Shown: positions 1-9,031 of the stretch, piece by piece
Layout: every line of letters begins with the position of its first letter
Numbering within the stretch: the first letter of the stretch is position 1
Origin: Gemmatimonadaceae bacterium
Lineage (GTDB): Bacteria > Gemmatimonadota > Gemmatimonadetes > Gemmatimonadales > Gemmatimonadaceae
Assembly (NCBI GenBank): GCA_045803545.1
Contig: JBJMOW010000001.1
Coordinates: forward strand, 32,001-96,000
DNA: 64,000 nt
Direction of reading: 5' to 3'
The notes under the pieces: model-generated
Told to the model about the DNA's origin: nothing
Seen by the model: the letters and a program-made list of their open reading frames with translations, nothing else
Databases searched by the model: none
Program-made: the position numbers and the translations under genes

Positions 1-2
1 GT

Positions 3-200
3 TTCCCCATCGTTCGACTGATCACGAAATGGCTGGAGCCGAGGCCCGTGCCGCCGCGTGAGCTGTCATCGATCAGCGGGAGACTGGAGAAAATCGAAGC
101 GGCCGTTGATGCGATCGCGGTCGAGGTCGAGCGGATCTCGGAGTCCCAGCGCTTCAGCGCGCGGCTTCAATCGGAGCAATCGAAGCAGCTGCCGGGATGA
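3..200 (+). CDS. 3' part of a small hypothetical coiled-coil protein (truncated at window edge)
   Basis: Frame 3 is open from the edge: FPIVRLITKWLEPRPVPPRELSSISGRLEKIEAAVDAIAVEVERISESQRFSARLQSEQSKQLPG, TGA at 198-200, followed directly by a terminator hairpin. Not in the ORF track. Confidence 0.65.
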   Translation, partial: FPIVRLITKWLEPRPVPPRELSSISGRLEKIEAAVDAIAVEVERISESQRFSARLQSEQSKQLPG

Positions 201-203
201 AAC

Positions 204-234
204 AAAAAAGGGAGCGTCGCCAGACGCTCCCTTT
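204..234. terminator. Intrinsic terminator between convergent genes (stronger on the - strand, after pilin)
   Basis: Stem AAAGGGAGCGTC / GACGCTCCCTTT, loop GCCA; the A-run at 204-209 gives a U-tract on the - strand. Confidence 0.85.
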
Positions 235-256
235 CCTACCTATAAGATCAGGCTGA

Positions 257-622
257 TTACACGCAGGTAATCACACCATTGGTCATGTCGCAGGTCTTAG
301 CCGACTGCGAGTGCGTAGCGGTCGCGCTCCATGAAGGCGGCGGGCCGGCAACGTTCGTAACTACAACCGTGACGTTCTGCGACGGTGTGAAACCCTGTAG
401 TGGTGCCGCCATCGTCGCGGTCCCACCAAAGTAAGCGCCACCGTTGTCAGCCGCGTACTGCTCTTCGTAGGTCGCCATGTTGCGTAGGTCAGACTTCATC
501 TGCGCGACGTAAGCCTTGTCCTTCGTGTTGGCAAATTTAGGAATTGCAATCGCCGCCAGAATACCAATAATCACAACGACGATGAGAAGCTCGATTAGGG
601 TAAAGCCTTTCTTGTTCCGCAT
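257..622 (-). CDS. Type IV pilin (major pilin-like), 121 aa
   Basis: MRNKKG|FTLIELLIVVVIIGILAAIAIPKF is a class III signal with E5; C-terminal Cys pair; GGAG RBS before ATG at 622. Confidence 0.93.
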   Translation of the reverse strand: MRNKKGFTLIELLIVVVIIGILAAIAIPKFANTKDKAYVAQMKSDLRNMATYEEQYAADNGGAYFGGTATMAAPLQGFTPSQNVTVVVTNVAGPPPSWSATATHSQSAKTCDMTNGVITCV

Positions 623-714
623 TAAAGGTCTCCTGAACCAGTTGATGACGGCGAGACGCTGTGCCGTCAACACCTTCAAGACGGGACGTTTCGCAGTATC
701 GCAACCCTCGTAAT

Positions 715-730
715 GGCAATGTCATGGCCA
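715..730 (-). promoter_or_regulatory. Sigma54 (-24/-12) promoter for the pilin gene
   Basis: Minus strand TGGCCATGACATTGCC has GG-N10-GC spacing with TGGC and TTGC, about 90 nt upstream of the ATG. Confidence 0.7.
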
Positions 731-855
731 GATTCGCGTGTAGGTCTAACGCGATGTGGTCGCACAGCTTAGGCCATATCATTAAAGCAGTTTAGCATGT
801 ACTTTGGCTGCAATTTGCGATTGGGATTGCAGTCTGCCCAAGGCCAAATGCAAGC

Positions 856-883
856 AAAAAAGCCGCTGGCAACTGGCGGCTTT
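856..883 (-). terminator. Intrinsic terminator downstream of tRNA-Pro
   Basis: Minus strand AAAGCCGC-CAGTTGCCA-GCGGCTTTTTT. Confidence 0.75.
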
Positions 884-922
884 CGGCCAGCGACTAGCGA
901 CTAATGCGAACTACGGAATGAG

Positions 923-996
923 TCGGGGCGCCCGGATTTGAACCGGGGACCTCCTGCTCCCAAAGCAGGCGCGATACCAGGCTACGCTACGCCCCG
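923..996 (-). tRNA. tRNA-Pro(UGG), CCA not encoded
   Basis: CGGGGCG acceptor stem, anticodon arm CCTGC-TTTGGGA-GCAGG, T-loop TTCAAAT. Confidence 0.97.
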
Positions 997-1015
997 TAAG
1001 ACGTCCGGCAAGCTA

Positions 1016-1663
1016 CTATAACCGGCCTTCGACGCGCAACGCACTGAGTAGTGCGCGAAACGCACGCGCGCGATGACTCATCGCCGCGGTAATCGGCAAC
1101 GCGGACTCGGCGAATGTGCCCCCGAGGTCTGGTGACTCGAAAAAAGGGTCATAACCGAAACCGTCGCTCCCCCGTGGACTCTTTAGAATGCGACCCGCTA
1201 TCTCACCGCGCCGCAGGACTTCAATGCTGGCATCCTTGTACGCAGCAACCGCGACGTACTTTGCCGAGTCGGTGAACCGGGTGCCTTGCTGCTTACTCGC
1301 TTCACACATGGACTCGACCAGCTTGTCGTTGTTGGCAATGTCGATCCTCGACTCCGGTGAGTCAGTGTGCCCTGACCAGCGCTTGCTGTAGACCCCAGGC
1401 TGGCCATCGAGCGCATCGACGCAGAGACCCGAATCGTCCGCGAACGTTGGAGTTCCACCACCGCGCTCGAAGAAATAGCGCGCCTTCGCCAGCGCGTTCT
1501 CCTCGAAAGTCTCGTAGCGCTCCAGATCATCCTCTTCTGCCCGACGCTCGACTCCTGCGTCAGCGAGATCGATCACCTCGAGCTGAAAATCGGCAAAAAT
1601 CTTTCGCAGCTCACGCAGCTTTCCCTGACTGCGCGTCGCGAGCAAATAAGGACCCCGCGTCAC
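1016..1663 (-). CDS. rdgB: Non-canonical purine NTP pyrophosphatase (Ham1/RdgB)
   Basis: [35 protein letters not shown] and SHRARA motifs; follows rph. Confidence 0.93.
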   Translation of the reverse strand: MTRGPYLLATRSQGKLRELRKIFADFQLEVIDLADAGVERRAEEDDLERYETFEENALAKARYFFERGGGTPTFADDSGLCVDALDGQPGVYSKRWSGHTDSPESRIDIANNDKLVESMCEASKQQGTRFTDSAKYVAVAAYKDASIEVLRRGEIAGRILKSPRGSDGFGYDPFFESPDLGGTFAESALPITAAMSHRARAFRALLSALRVEGRL

Positions 1664-2385
1664 TCCGCCAGCGATTTCGCCTGAGCCTCGTCCAGCGCGC
1701 GGATTCCAGAGATCGCCAGATCCAGTAGGTCATTCAGCTGGCGGCGGTCGAAGGTGCCGTGCTCTCCGGTGCCCTGCACTTCCACGAATTTCCCTTCGTT
1801 GCTCATGACGACGTTCATGTCCACTTCGGCCCGAACGTCCTCCTCGTAGTCCAGATCGAGGCGCGCCTCCCCATCGATCACCCCGACGCTTACCGCCGCG
1901 ACCCGTCGTTTGATCGGGGTCACCTTTAACTTGCCGTTCGCGACCATCCAGTCGAAGGCATCGACAATCGCCACACACGCACCGGTAATTGCTGCGGTGC
2001 GGGTGCCTCCGTCAGCGACGAGCACGTCACAATCGAGTTTTACGGTGAACTCGCCGAATTTGAAGTCATCGAGCATCGCGCGTACGCTGCGGCCGATCAA
2101 CCGTTGGATTTCCTGAGTGCGACCGCCGAGCTGAGCGCGCTCACGTGCGGTTCGCGTTCTTGTCGCACGCGGCAACATTGCATACTCCGCCGTCAGCCAT
2201 CCTTCGCCGCTGCCTCGTCGCCAGCCCGGAACTCCGTCCTCGACCGAAGCGGTGCAAAGCACCCGTGTCGCGCCAAACGAGATCAGGCACGACCCCTCGG
2301 CGTAGGGCGCCACGGCGCGCTCGAGGGTTATCGCGCGCAGCTCGGATGTTGCGCGACCATTGCGGCTGGTTTTAACGGCTTTCAC
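1660..2385 (-). CDS. rph: Ribonuclease PH
   Basis: [45 protein letters not shown]. Confidence 0.97.
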   Translation of the reverse strand: MKAVKTSRNGRATSELRAITLERAVAPYAEGSCLISFGATRVLCTASVEDGVPGWRRGSGEGWLTAEYAMLPRATRTRTARERAQLGGRTQEIQRLIGRSVRAMLDDFKFGEFTVKLDCDVLVADGGTRTAAITGACVAIVDAFDWMVANGKLKVTPIKRRVAAVSVGVIDGEARLDLDYEEDVRAEVDMNVVMSNEGKFVEVQGTGEHGTFDRRQLNDLLDLAISGIRALDEAQAKSLAE

Positions 2386-2827
2386 TCAGCTTCCTGATGA
2401 TGTTGGTGGTTGAATGTCCCGGCGTCAGCGGCACGACCACGACTCGCCCGCCCCAGTGCTTCACCTCGGTCGCGCCCACAATCGTGTCTTCAGAATAATC
2501 TCCACCCTTCACGATCACATCGGGACGCAGAAGCTTAACGAGATTCAAGGGCGTGTCGTCCGGAAAAACCACGACCAGATCGACGCATTCAAGGCTGGCC
2601 AGGACATAGCTTCGTTCAGCATCCGTGCGCACTGGGCGACTCGGTCCCTTCAGGCGACGCACTGACTCGTCGCTGTTGACCCCAACGATTAACGCATCTG
2701 CCGTCTGTCGCGCGGCGGTAAGAACGTCGACGTGGCCGGGGTGAAGAAGGTCGAACACGCCGTTGGTGAATGCGACCTTTCCTTTTTGTGCCGCGCGCCA
2801 GCGTTCCGCATCGACCCACGTCGCCAC
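2372..2827 (-). CDS. rfaE2: D-glycero-beta-D-manno-heptose 1-phosphate adenylyltransferase (RfaE domain II); start may be CTG at 2854
   Basis: [37 protein letters not shown]. Confidence 0.92.
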   Translation of the reverse strand: MATWVDAERWRAAQKGKVAFTNGVFDLLHPGHVDVLTAARQTADALIVGVNSDESVRRLKGPSRPVRTDAERSYVLASLECVDLVVVFPDDTPLNLVKLLRPDVIVKGGDYSEDTIVGATEVKHWGGRVVVVPLTPGHSTTNIIRKLSESR

Positions 2828-2850
2828 TTTGCTGGTCGGATCGCGTGGCT

Positions 2851-3204
2851 TCAGAGTCTGCTCGCCGCCATTGGATGGAAGTGCAGCACCTGTTCTTTAT
2901 TGAAGGGCAGCTTGATCACTTCGTCGTAGTCACTGGAGATCGTCATGACAGATTGTGATCGTTGGATCTGAACGGCCTCGGCTCCGGACGGAAGCTGCAG
3001 GGTGTCGGCAAGCGCGGCGAGGCGAGTCGTGATCTGGTCATCGGTCTTGTCGGTGGCAAAGCGCGCCTCCTGGCCCATCGCGTCCTTGAACTGATAGTAC
3101 TTGAAGTAAGCCTCGCCGAAATCGATGCCGAAATAAATTCCGATGACGAGAACCAGCAGGCCGAGGAGGCAGCCGAGTCTGGTCTCCCCGCGACGATTCA
3201 CCAC
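2851..3204 (-). CDS. Hypothetical single-TM protein (DUF4845-like)
   Basis: RRG followed by a hydrophobic helix; tightly packed in the operon. The family call is tentative. Confidence 0.6.
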   Translation of the reverse strand: MVNRRGETRLGCLLGLLVLVIGIYFGIDFGEAYFKYYQFKDAMGQEARFATDKTDDQITTRLAALADTLQLPSGAEAVQIQRSQSVMTISSDYDEVIKLPFNKEQVLHFHPMAASRL

Positions 3205-3692
3205 TGTGATTGCGCCCCGTCGATCATGTTCTGAACGATGGTAGCAATCGCTTTCTTACGACCTTCTGTTTCGCCGCGCTCCTGGTACTGGCCTTCCGCA
3301 AGCAATCCTTTCCGTTGCCATAGCGTCTTTCCGGTTACCTGATCGAGCAGCTCGATGTCGACGACGAGCTGCAGCTGGCGCGCGGCGGTCGTCACCTGCT
3401 TGTTGGCGGCGCTGTAGCCAATCGGGATGTCGACTTCGTAGCGCTGGATGGTGCCGCGGACAATTGCGTTCGCCTTCGCCTCGGACGCGTCGCGGAGACC
3501 GAGCCGATCGTGAAGACCGGTTCGGATTGCCTCGGTGAGCTCACGCGGTAGCTCTGTCGCCGCGGTCTGGTTGTCGAACGGAAGGATCGCGACCGTCCTG
3601 ATGTGAGAGGGCAGCCCGCCGCCCGTGAAGCCGTAGGGGATGCAGGCAGTCAGCGCAACCAGGACAAGACTATAAGCTCCAAATCGAAGCAT
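3198..3692 (-). CDS. lptE: LPS assembly lipoprotein LptE-like
   Basis: Lipobox LTAC, YGFTGGGLPSHIRTVAILPFDN, GKTLW. Confidence 0.75.
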   Translation of the reverse strand: MLRFGAYSLVLVALTACIPYGFTGGGLPSHIRTVAILPFDNQTAATELPRELTEAIRTGLHDRLGLRDASEAKANAIVRGTIQRYEVDIPIGYSAANKQVTTAARQLQLVVDIELLDQVTGKTLWQRKGLLAEGQYQERGETEGRKKAIATIVQNMIDGAQSQW

Positions 3693-4293
3693 CGAAAGAT
3701 CCAGGTTGTTCCTTCAGAATGGTCAATTCGAGTTTACGTCTCGCGCCGGGTGCTTCGTACACCGCGGATCCCGTGGCGTTGCGAGTCAATCGCTCCACGA
3801 TTTTTCCGCCGTCGATTCTTTCGAGCGCAACGATGGTGTCACCGCGAATAGCCACTCGCCATTGAACCGGACGACCGACATCGGCGCGGAGCAAATCACC
3901 GTCGAGCTTGACGACGGTGTCCGGCAGCGCCGGGATGGCAAGCCGGCCGAGCGCGGCCCACATCATTGGCGTCGGCGGAATGTAGCGCCGCACCAGGTCC
4001 GCGTGCGGCGCGCGGAGCGAATCGCCGATCAGGATTGCGGTGCCGCCGCCGAGCCCGCCACCGAGAAAAAAATCCAGGCGCGCGCTGTCTGGTGGTGCGA
4101 TGCGCACTGAACCGTCGCCACGCGCGGCAAGCTCGCCTTCCTGATATTCCCATTTGAACACAACGTGTCGGTGGTCAGGAGGCAGTGCGAGAGAAGGCAA
4201 TGAGCGGTCAGGCGCCAGCACGCCTGGCAAAGGCGCCGCGGACGGCACACATGCGACGAGCAGCAGCGCCGTCGCGTACGACATTGGTTTCAT
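3670..4293 (-). CDS. Hypothetical lipoprotein
   Basis: Lipobox LLVAC; overlaps both neighbours in the operon. Confidence 0.7.
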   Translation of the reverse strand: MKPMSYATALLLVACVPSAAPLPGVLAPDRSLPSLALPPDHRHVVFKWEYQEGELAARGDGSVRIAPPDSARLDFFLGGGLGGGTAILIGDSLRAPHADLVRRYIPPTPMMWAALGRLAIPALPDTVVKLDGDLLRADVGRPVQWRVAIRGDTIVALERIDGGKIVERLTRNATGSAVYEAPGARRKLELTILKEQPGSFDASIWSL

Positions 4294-6350
4294 TTTGGAT
4301 CGATTCGCGTGATCAAATCGCCCTGTACGATTTGGTCGAGGACGTCGTACCCTGCGACGACTCTGCCGAACACCGTGTAGTGTCCGTCCAGGTGCGGCTG
4401 CGGAGAATGCGTGATGAAGTATTGGCTGCCGCCGGTGTCCGGGCCTGAGAGCGCCATTCCTACTGCCCCGCGCTCGTAACGGTGCTGATTCATCTCGTCT
4501 CTGATTGCATAGCCGGGTCCGCCGTTTCCATCATCGCGCGGATCGCCATCTTGTGCGACGAAGTTCGGAACGACGCGATGAAACCGCGTATTCCGATAGT
4601 ACCCGGATCGTGCCAGACTAAGAAAATTCCACGCCGTGATTGGCGCGTCCTCGCCGAATAGCTCGAGCTCGATCGGACCGCGGATGGTTCTGATCGTTGC
4701 GCGCGGACGTTTTCCACTCAGAGATGGCATGACGATCGACCGCACAACGCTCTCATACCATGACCCCGGCCGCGCCGTAGGGCGAACTGACGCCCAGCCT
4801 TTCCAGAATGGCAGATCCTTACCGACTGCTCGCTCGAGGGGATCGGCGGGAGGAGTCACGCGCGCGAGCTCTGCCAGCTGGGTTGCGTCGACGGACACGC
4901 TGTCCTTTTTCCAGGTAGCGGCAACGTACTGTAATGCGGCAAGTCGCGCATCGTTTGCAGAATCGCGCGACGCCATGCGATAGCTTTTCATAACCGCGGG
5001 CAAATCTCTCGCGGCAGGTCGTTCAGTGAGCGCAGCCAGCGCAGTGGCGCGCACGTAGAAGTCAGGATCCTGTAAGCCGCGGATTAGAATCGCGTGCGCA
5101 GAATCTTCGATCATCATTGAGGCTGCCGGTGCGATGGAGCCGTACGCAGCTTCCCGTACGCGCGGGTCAGGATCGTTGAGCAAAGGAACCGTGCGCGCGA
5201 ACGCGAACGCTCGGTCGAGACTGTCGCCCTCGGCGGACGCCGCACTGGCACGTAGCCGCCAATTTGAGCTCGTCGCCCACTGTCCGAGCTGCGGGGGGCG
5301 AAGTCCCGCATGCGCGGCCGAGGCAAGCAGAGACGCCCTGTATCCAGTTCCGGTGTCCCGCGCCCAGAGCGTTTCGAAATCGGAGCTGGTCGATGTGAGC
5401 GCGGATCCAAGACTTTGCGCCGCTGCGATGCGCACGTTCGGATCTCTATCACCCGTCACGCTGACGATCGTAGCTCGCGCCTGCGCTCCATAGGTACCGA
5501 GTGATCTTACGGCGTTAATGCGAACGTGCGGGTCTCCATCGGAGGCAAGGCTACGCAGCACGTTCAGAGCAAGTCTTCCAAGCGAATCTCCAGTTGCAGA
5601 TTTCGAAAGCGCACGCGCGATTTCAGCCCGGATCAGCCCGGCCTCGTTTGCGGACGCAGCATAGGGCGCGCTCGACGAGCTCGAAACGGTACGTGACTGA
5701 CGAACCGACGGAGATCCTGCCAGCGCAATTAGGTCGCGCAATCCAGACGGCGCCCGCTGCCGCGCTATCGCGTAAGCGGCTGCCCACACCACCGACGGAT
5801 TGGCCGCTCTCAAGTATGGCCTGACCGCGGCCACCGGCATTGGCCGCAACTTCGCCGCTGCGAGCAGCAATTGGATTGTGGTACCGTCGTCACGCATTGA
5901 ACCGAGAGCCGTCGTGATCGCGTTGCTGGCCGGTGCCCCAATCTCCCCAAGCGCCCATGCCGCTTCGCGCGCGATCTCCCCGCGCGTCGACAGCGCGGCT
6001 ACGAGCGGCGAAACGGCCACCAAATCCCGTTGCAGGCCGAGTGCATACGCTGCTTTCGCGGCGACATTCGCATCCGGATCGCGCAGCAGCGCACGCAAGC
6101 GGGCTGCGCCACGCAATCCCTGTTCTGCTCCCACCTGCCCAATCGCCAGAGCGGCAGCCGCTCTCAACGGTCGCGAGTTTGACGCGAGCAGACGATCGAT
6201 CAAAGCGGTGTCGAGCTGCCGCGTATCCGTCATCGCCAACAGCTGGCCGTAGAGCGAGATTTCGCTCGCGGTCAGAGTAGTCTGCTGTGCGGGCATTGCG
6301 CGCGCAGCAACAGCCAGAATGAGAACGCTAACGAGATGGCGTGACTGCAT
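4290..6350 (-). CDS. Exported HEAT-repeat protein fused to a C-terminal cyclophilin PPIase
   Basis: Signal peptide; repeated D-x-D-P-x-VR-x-x-A-x-x-LG HEAT motifs; C-terminal FHRVVPNFVAQDGDP and GSQYFITHSPQPHLDGHYTVFG. Confidence 0.9.
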   Translation of the reverse strand: MQSRHLVSVLILAVAARAMPAQQTTLTASEISLYGQLLAMTDTRQLDTALIDRLLASNSRPLRAAAALAIGQVGAEQGLRGAARLRALLRDPDANVAAKAAYALGLQRDLVAVSPLVAALSTRGEIAREAAWALGEIGAPASNAITTALGSMRDDGTTIQLLLAAAKLRPMPVAAVRPYLRAANPSVVWAAAYAIARQRAPSGLRDLIALAGSPSVRQSRTVSSSSSAPYAASANEAGLIRAEIARALSKSATGDSLGRLALNVLRSLASDGDPHVRINAVRSLGTYGAQARATIVSVTGDRDPNVRIAAAQSLGSALTSTSSDFETLWARDTGTGYRASLLASAAHAGLRPPQLGQWATSSNWRLRASAASAEGDSLDRAFAFARTVPLLNDPDPRVREAAYGSIAPAASMMIEDSAHAILIRGLQDPDFYVRATALAALTERPAARDLPAVMKSYRMASRDSANDARLAALQYVAATWKKDSVSVDATQLAELARVTPPADPLERAVGKDLPFWKGWASVRPTARPGSWYESVVRSIVMPSLSGKRPRATIRTIRGPIELELFGEDAPITAWNFLSLARSGYYRNTRFHRVVPNFVAQDGDPRDDGNGGPGYAIRDEMNQHRYERGAVGMALSGPDTGGSQYFITHSPQPHLDGHYTVFGRVVAGYDVLDQIVQGDLITRIDPK

Positions 6351-6756
6351 CTTCGAGTAGTTTGCGAAGGTAATCGGGCAAGGTCGTCAGTTTGTTATCG
6401 CGTGTCAGTGAAGCGAGCTTCGTCGACGCGGTCACGAACTTCTCCCCTGTCTCAGCGTTAGTGATCACGTAATCAAAGCTGATCGTTCGTGATCTCACAT
6501 CGCTGACGGTAGTTGTGACGCGAATGAGGTTGTCGTAACGCGCCCCGGCGTGGAAGCGCATCGTCGCCTCGACCACCGCCAGCGTGACGTTCTGCCGCTC
6601 GAGCTCTGAGTACGGGGTACCCAGTGAGCGAATGAATTCCGTGCGCCCCATCTCGCACCAGATCAGATAATTCGAGTGATAAACCACCTGCATCTGGTCG
6701 GTCTCGGCATAGCGGACGCGGAACTCGATAGAGTGGGCGTTGTTTGCTGACGTCAT
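6328..6756 (-). CDS. Acyl-CoA thioesterase (YbgC/FadM family)
   Basis: RVRYAETDQMQVVYHSNYLIWCEMGRTE; ATG at 6756 preferred. Confidence 0.9.
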   Translation of the reverse strand: MTSANNAHSIEFRVRYAETDQMQVVYHSNYLIWCEMGRTEFIRSLGTPYSELERQNVTLAVVEATMRFHAGARYDNLIRVTTTVSDVRSRTISFDYVITNAETGEKFVTASTKLASLTRDNKLTTLPDYLRKLLEDAVTPSR

Positions 6757-6823
6757 CGGCAGACGTTGAAGGTTTGATCCGGCCAATGCTTTGTAAAGCT
6801 CGTGTGCATCAGTAACTTGTGCC

Positions 6824-7582
6824 GTGCTCAAGGCGCCCTGCTATATCGTCTCGGACGCGCACATCGGCGTCGCCAGTCCACAAATCGAGCGATCCTTTGT
6901 CTCGTTTCTTCGCGGTCTGGAGGGCGAGGCGAAGTCTTTGATTATCAACGGCGATTTGTTCGACTTCTGGTTCGAGTGGAAGTCGGTCATCCCCCGTCGC
7001 AGCTTTCGCACCCTCGCCGCACTCGCTGAGCTCCGTGACAGCGGGATGGATATCCTCTGGGTCGCCGGCAATCACGATTGCTGGGGCGGAGAAGTTTTGC
7101 GGCAAGACGTCGGCGTCGACTACATCATCGGACCGTGGGAAGGAACCATTGCCGGCTGGCGACTGCGGGTCGAGCACGGCGACGGTTTGCGCGACAAGGA
7201 AGACCGCGGCTATCGAATTATTCGGCCCATCATGCGCAATCAATGGGCAATCCGGGCGTTCAGGCTCCTTCACCCCGATTGGTCCACTGGGCTCGCGCAC
7301 GGCAGCTCGAACGCGAGCCGGAACTATCGGGCGCGTGATGAAGGTCGCGGGCTGAGAGCGCACGCCGAGCAGGAGCTCGAACGATGCAAGGAGCTCGACA
7401 TCCTGGTGTACGGTCACTCGCATGTTGCCGCGCTCGAGCGGATGGACAATGGCCGTGTCTTCGCCAATGCCGGCTCGTGGCTCGATGCTCCTACATTTCT
7501 GCGCCTCACCGACGAAGCGCTGGAGCTGCGTGAATGGGATGGATCAGCCGAGGGTGCGTGTCTCAACTCGGTCAATCGCTGA
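6824..7582 (+). CDS. lpxH: UDP-2,3-diacylglucosamine diphosphatase (LpxH-like metallophosphoesterase)
   Basis: SDAH, GDLFDFW, GNHD, HGD and GHSH motifs. Confidence 0.85.
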   Translation: MLKAPCYIVSDAHIGVASPQIERSFVSFLRGLEGEAKSLIINGDLFDFWFEWKSVIPRRSFRTLAALAELRDSGMDILWVAGNHDCWGGEVLRQDVGVDYIIGPWEGTIAGWRLRVEHGDGLRDKEDRGYRIIRPIMRNQWAIRAFRLLHPDWSTGLAHGSSNASRNYRARDEGRGLRAHAEQELERCKELDILVYGHSHVAALERMDNGRVFANAGSWLDAPTFLRLTDEALELREWDGSAEGACLNSVNR

Positions 7583-8347
7583 GCCGAGGAAACGTTGCCC
7601 GAGCGCAAGAAACGTCTCGGGCGCGTCTGACGAAATGAAACGGTATTGAGCGGTGTTCGCCGAGTCATTGGCGATGTCATTCTCACGCAACCTGTCACCT
7701 GTTTCGCGTGCGGTCTCCTGAGCGCTGTCGATCAGCCTGACGTCACGACCGACGACGTTGCCAATGACATCCTTCATCAGCGGGTAGTGGGTGCAGCCCA
7801 GAACGAGTGTATCCACTTCCGCCGTGACCATCGGTGCCAGGTAATTGCGCGCGATGGCTCGGGTCGGCTCGGTATCAACCCAACCTTCTTCGATCAGCGG
7901 CACGAACAGAGCACATGCTTGAGCAACCAGGTTCACATCGGGAAGCAGCTTGCGGATTGCCTTCTCGTAGGCGCCGCTGCGAATCGTACCGGCGGTACCG
8001 ATCACACCCACCTTTTGCTTTCTCGTCGCGGCGACCGCGGCACGTGCGCCGGGTCCGATCACGCCGATGATCGGAAAATCGTACTCCTCGCGCAACGCGG
8101 GAAGCGCATGGGCGGTGGCAGTGTTGCAAGCGACGACGAGCGCTTTGACTCCTTCTTCCTTTAGGAAGGAGACGATCTCGCGGCTGTATCGAAGTACTGT
8201 ATCGGGACTCTTCGGTCCATACGGCACGCGCGCGGTATCACCGAAGTAGATGATGCTCTCGTTCGGCAGTTGATGGATTAGCTCGCGCACCACGGTGAGC
8301 CCACCGATGCCAGAGTCGAAAACGCCGATCGGCGCTGGGTTGCTCAT
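7544..8347 (-). CDS. murI: Glutamate racemase
   Basis: FDSGIGGLTV, VACNTA, LGCTHYP. Confidence 0.97.
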   Translation of the reverse strand: MSNPAPIGVFDSGIGGLTVVRELIHQLPNESIIYFGDTARVPYGPKSPDTVLRYSREIVSFLKEEGVKALVVACNTATAHALPALREEYDFPIIGVIGPGARAAVAATRKQKVGVIGTAGTIRSGAYEKAIRKLLPDVNLVAQACALFVPLIEEGWVDTEPTRAIARNYLAPMVTAEVDTLVLGCTHYPLMKDVIGNVVGRDVRLIDSAQETARETGDRLRENDIANDSANTAQYRFISSDAPETFLALGQRFLGSAIDRVETRTLG

Positions 8348-8883
8348 CGCCAGCTCACCGACCCGAAGACGCCAACCGCACGCGACTGCGCGATCACACC
8401 GATGTTGGTGCGAAAGTCCCAGAGGTTCGCCGCGACATACGCGTCCGCGCCCGAAAAGAGATGATTGAAGATGATTGCGGCGATCCAGTCTTCGTAGTGG
8501 GTGCGACGCGCGTCCACGCGATCGTCAGTGAACCGGCTCGCAATGTAGGTGTCGGGAATTGGCAGTCCCGTTTTCGGATCGACTTGGGCGAGGCCCGTCT
8601 CGGGATCTACCTTGTAGGTGGCAACGACACTGTCACCACGTAAGGTTTTTGCTTCCTGCAGATCGATCGCGGACTTTCTCGCCATTCCGATGGAGCCAAC
8701 CTCGATCACGGCGAACAGCATTGCTGCCTTGCTCCGCCCGAAAACCGTTTGCGCATATCCTGGCAACAACAAGGAGCTGAGAAAAGCTCGTCGCGGACTA
8801 AGCGGCGGTTTAGGTGTATCGATGTTTTGCTTTGGCAGCGCGACTCCAGCCCGCGCGCTGTCGCGCTGCTGCGAGCTCGCCAT
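8344..8883 (-). CDS. Hypothetical membrane/exported protein; true start may be GTG 8979 inside tRNA-Sec
   Basis: SPRRAFLSSLLLPGYAQ ... SGADAYVAANL pattern; stop overlaps the murI start (ATGA). Confidence 0.7.
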   Translation of the reverse strand: MASSQQRDSARAGVALPKQNIDTPKPPLSPRRAFLSSLLLPGYAQTVFGRSKAAMLFAVIEVGSIGMARKSAIDLQEAKTLRGDSVVATYKVDPETGLAQVDPKTGLPIPDTYIASRFTDDRVDARRTHYEDWIAAIIFNHLFSGADAYVAANLWDFRTNIGVIAQSRAVGVFGSVSWR

Positions 8884-8927
8884 GGCAGGAGAGCCGAGTG
8901 CGATCGTGAGCGCGAGAAGGAACGGGA

Positions 8928-9024
8928 TGGCGGGAGAGTGTGGGAATCGAACCCACCCGGCCCTACGACGTAGGGTCACAGTGATTTTGAAGATCACGGA
9001 AGCCACCAGGCCCCATCCACCCCC
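8928..9024 (-). tRNA. selC: tRNA-Sec (UCA), 97 nt, CCA encoded
   Basis: 8-nt acceptor strands GGGGGTGG/ACTCTCCC, 6-bp D-stem with TGGT loop, GTGAT-CTTCAAA-ATCAC anticodon arm, long variable arm CCCTAC/GTAGGG, GTGGG-TTCGATT-CCCAC T-arm, G discriminator; immediately downstream of selD. Confidence 0.95.
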
Positions 9025-9031
9025 ATTCCAG

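Noticed and set aside
923..996. Integrated element at tRNA-Pro or tRNA-Sec
   Set aside because: No integrase and no duplicated tRNA 3' end seen; flanking genes are housekeeping or pilin.
7544..7582. Convergent 3' overlaps (lpxH/murI 39 nt; PLC/gatB 28 nt at 25312-25339)
   Set aside because: Short tail-to-tail overlaps are ordinary in compact GC-rich genomes.
9019..9029. Alternative tRNA-Sec acceptor register with a 3-nt bulge (5' end at 9029)
   Set aside because: It pairs better but needs a 4-nt linker to the D-stem; the 9024 start gives canonical 8/5 geometry.
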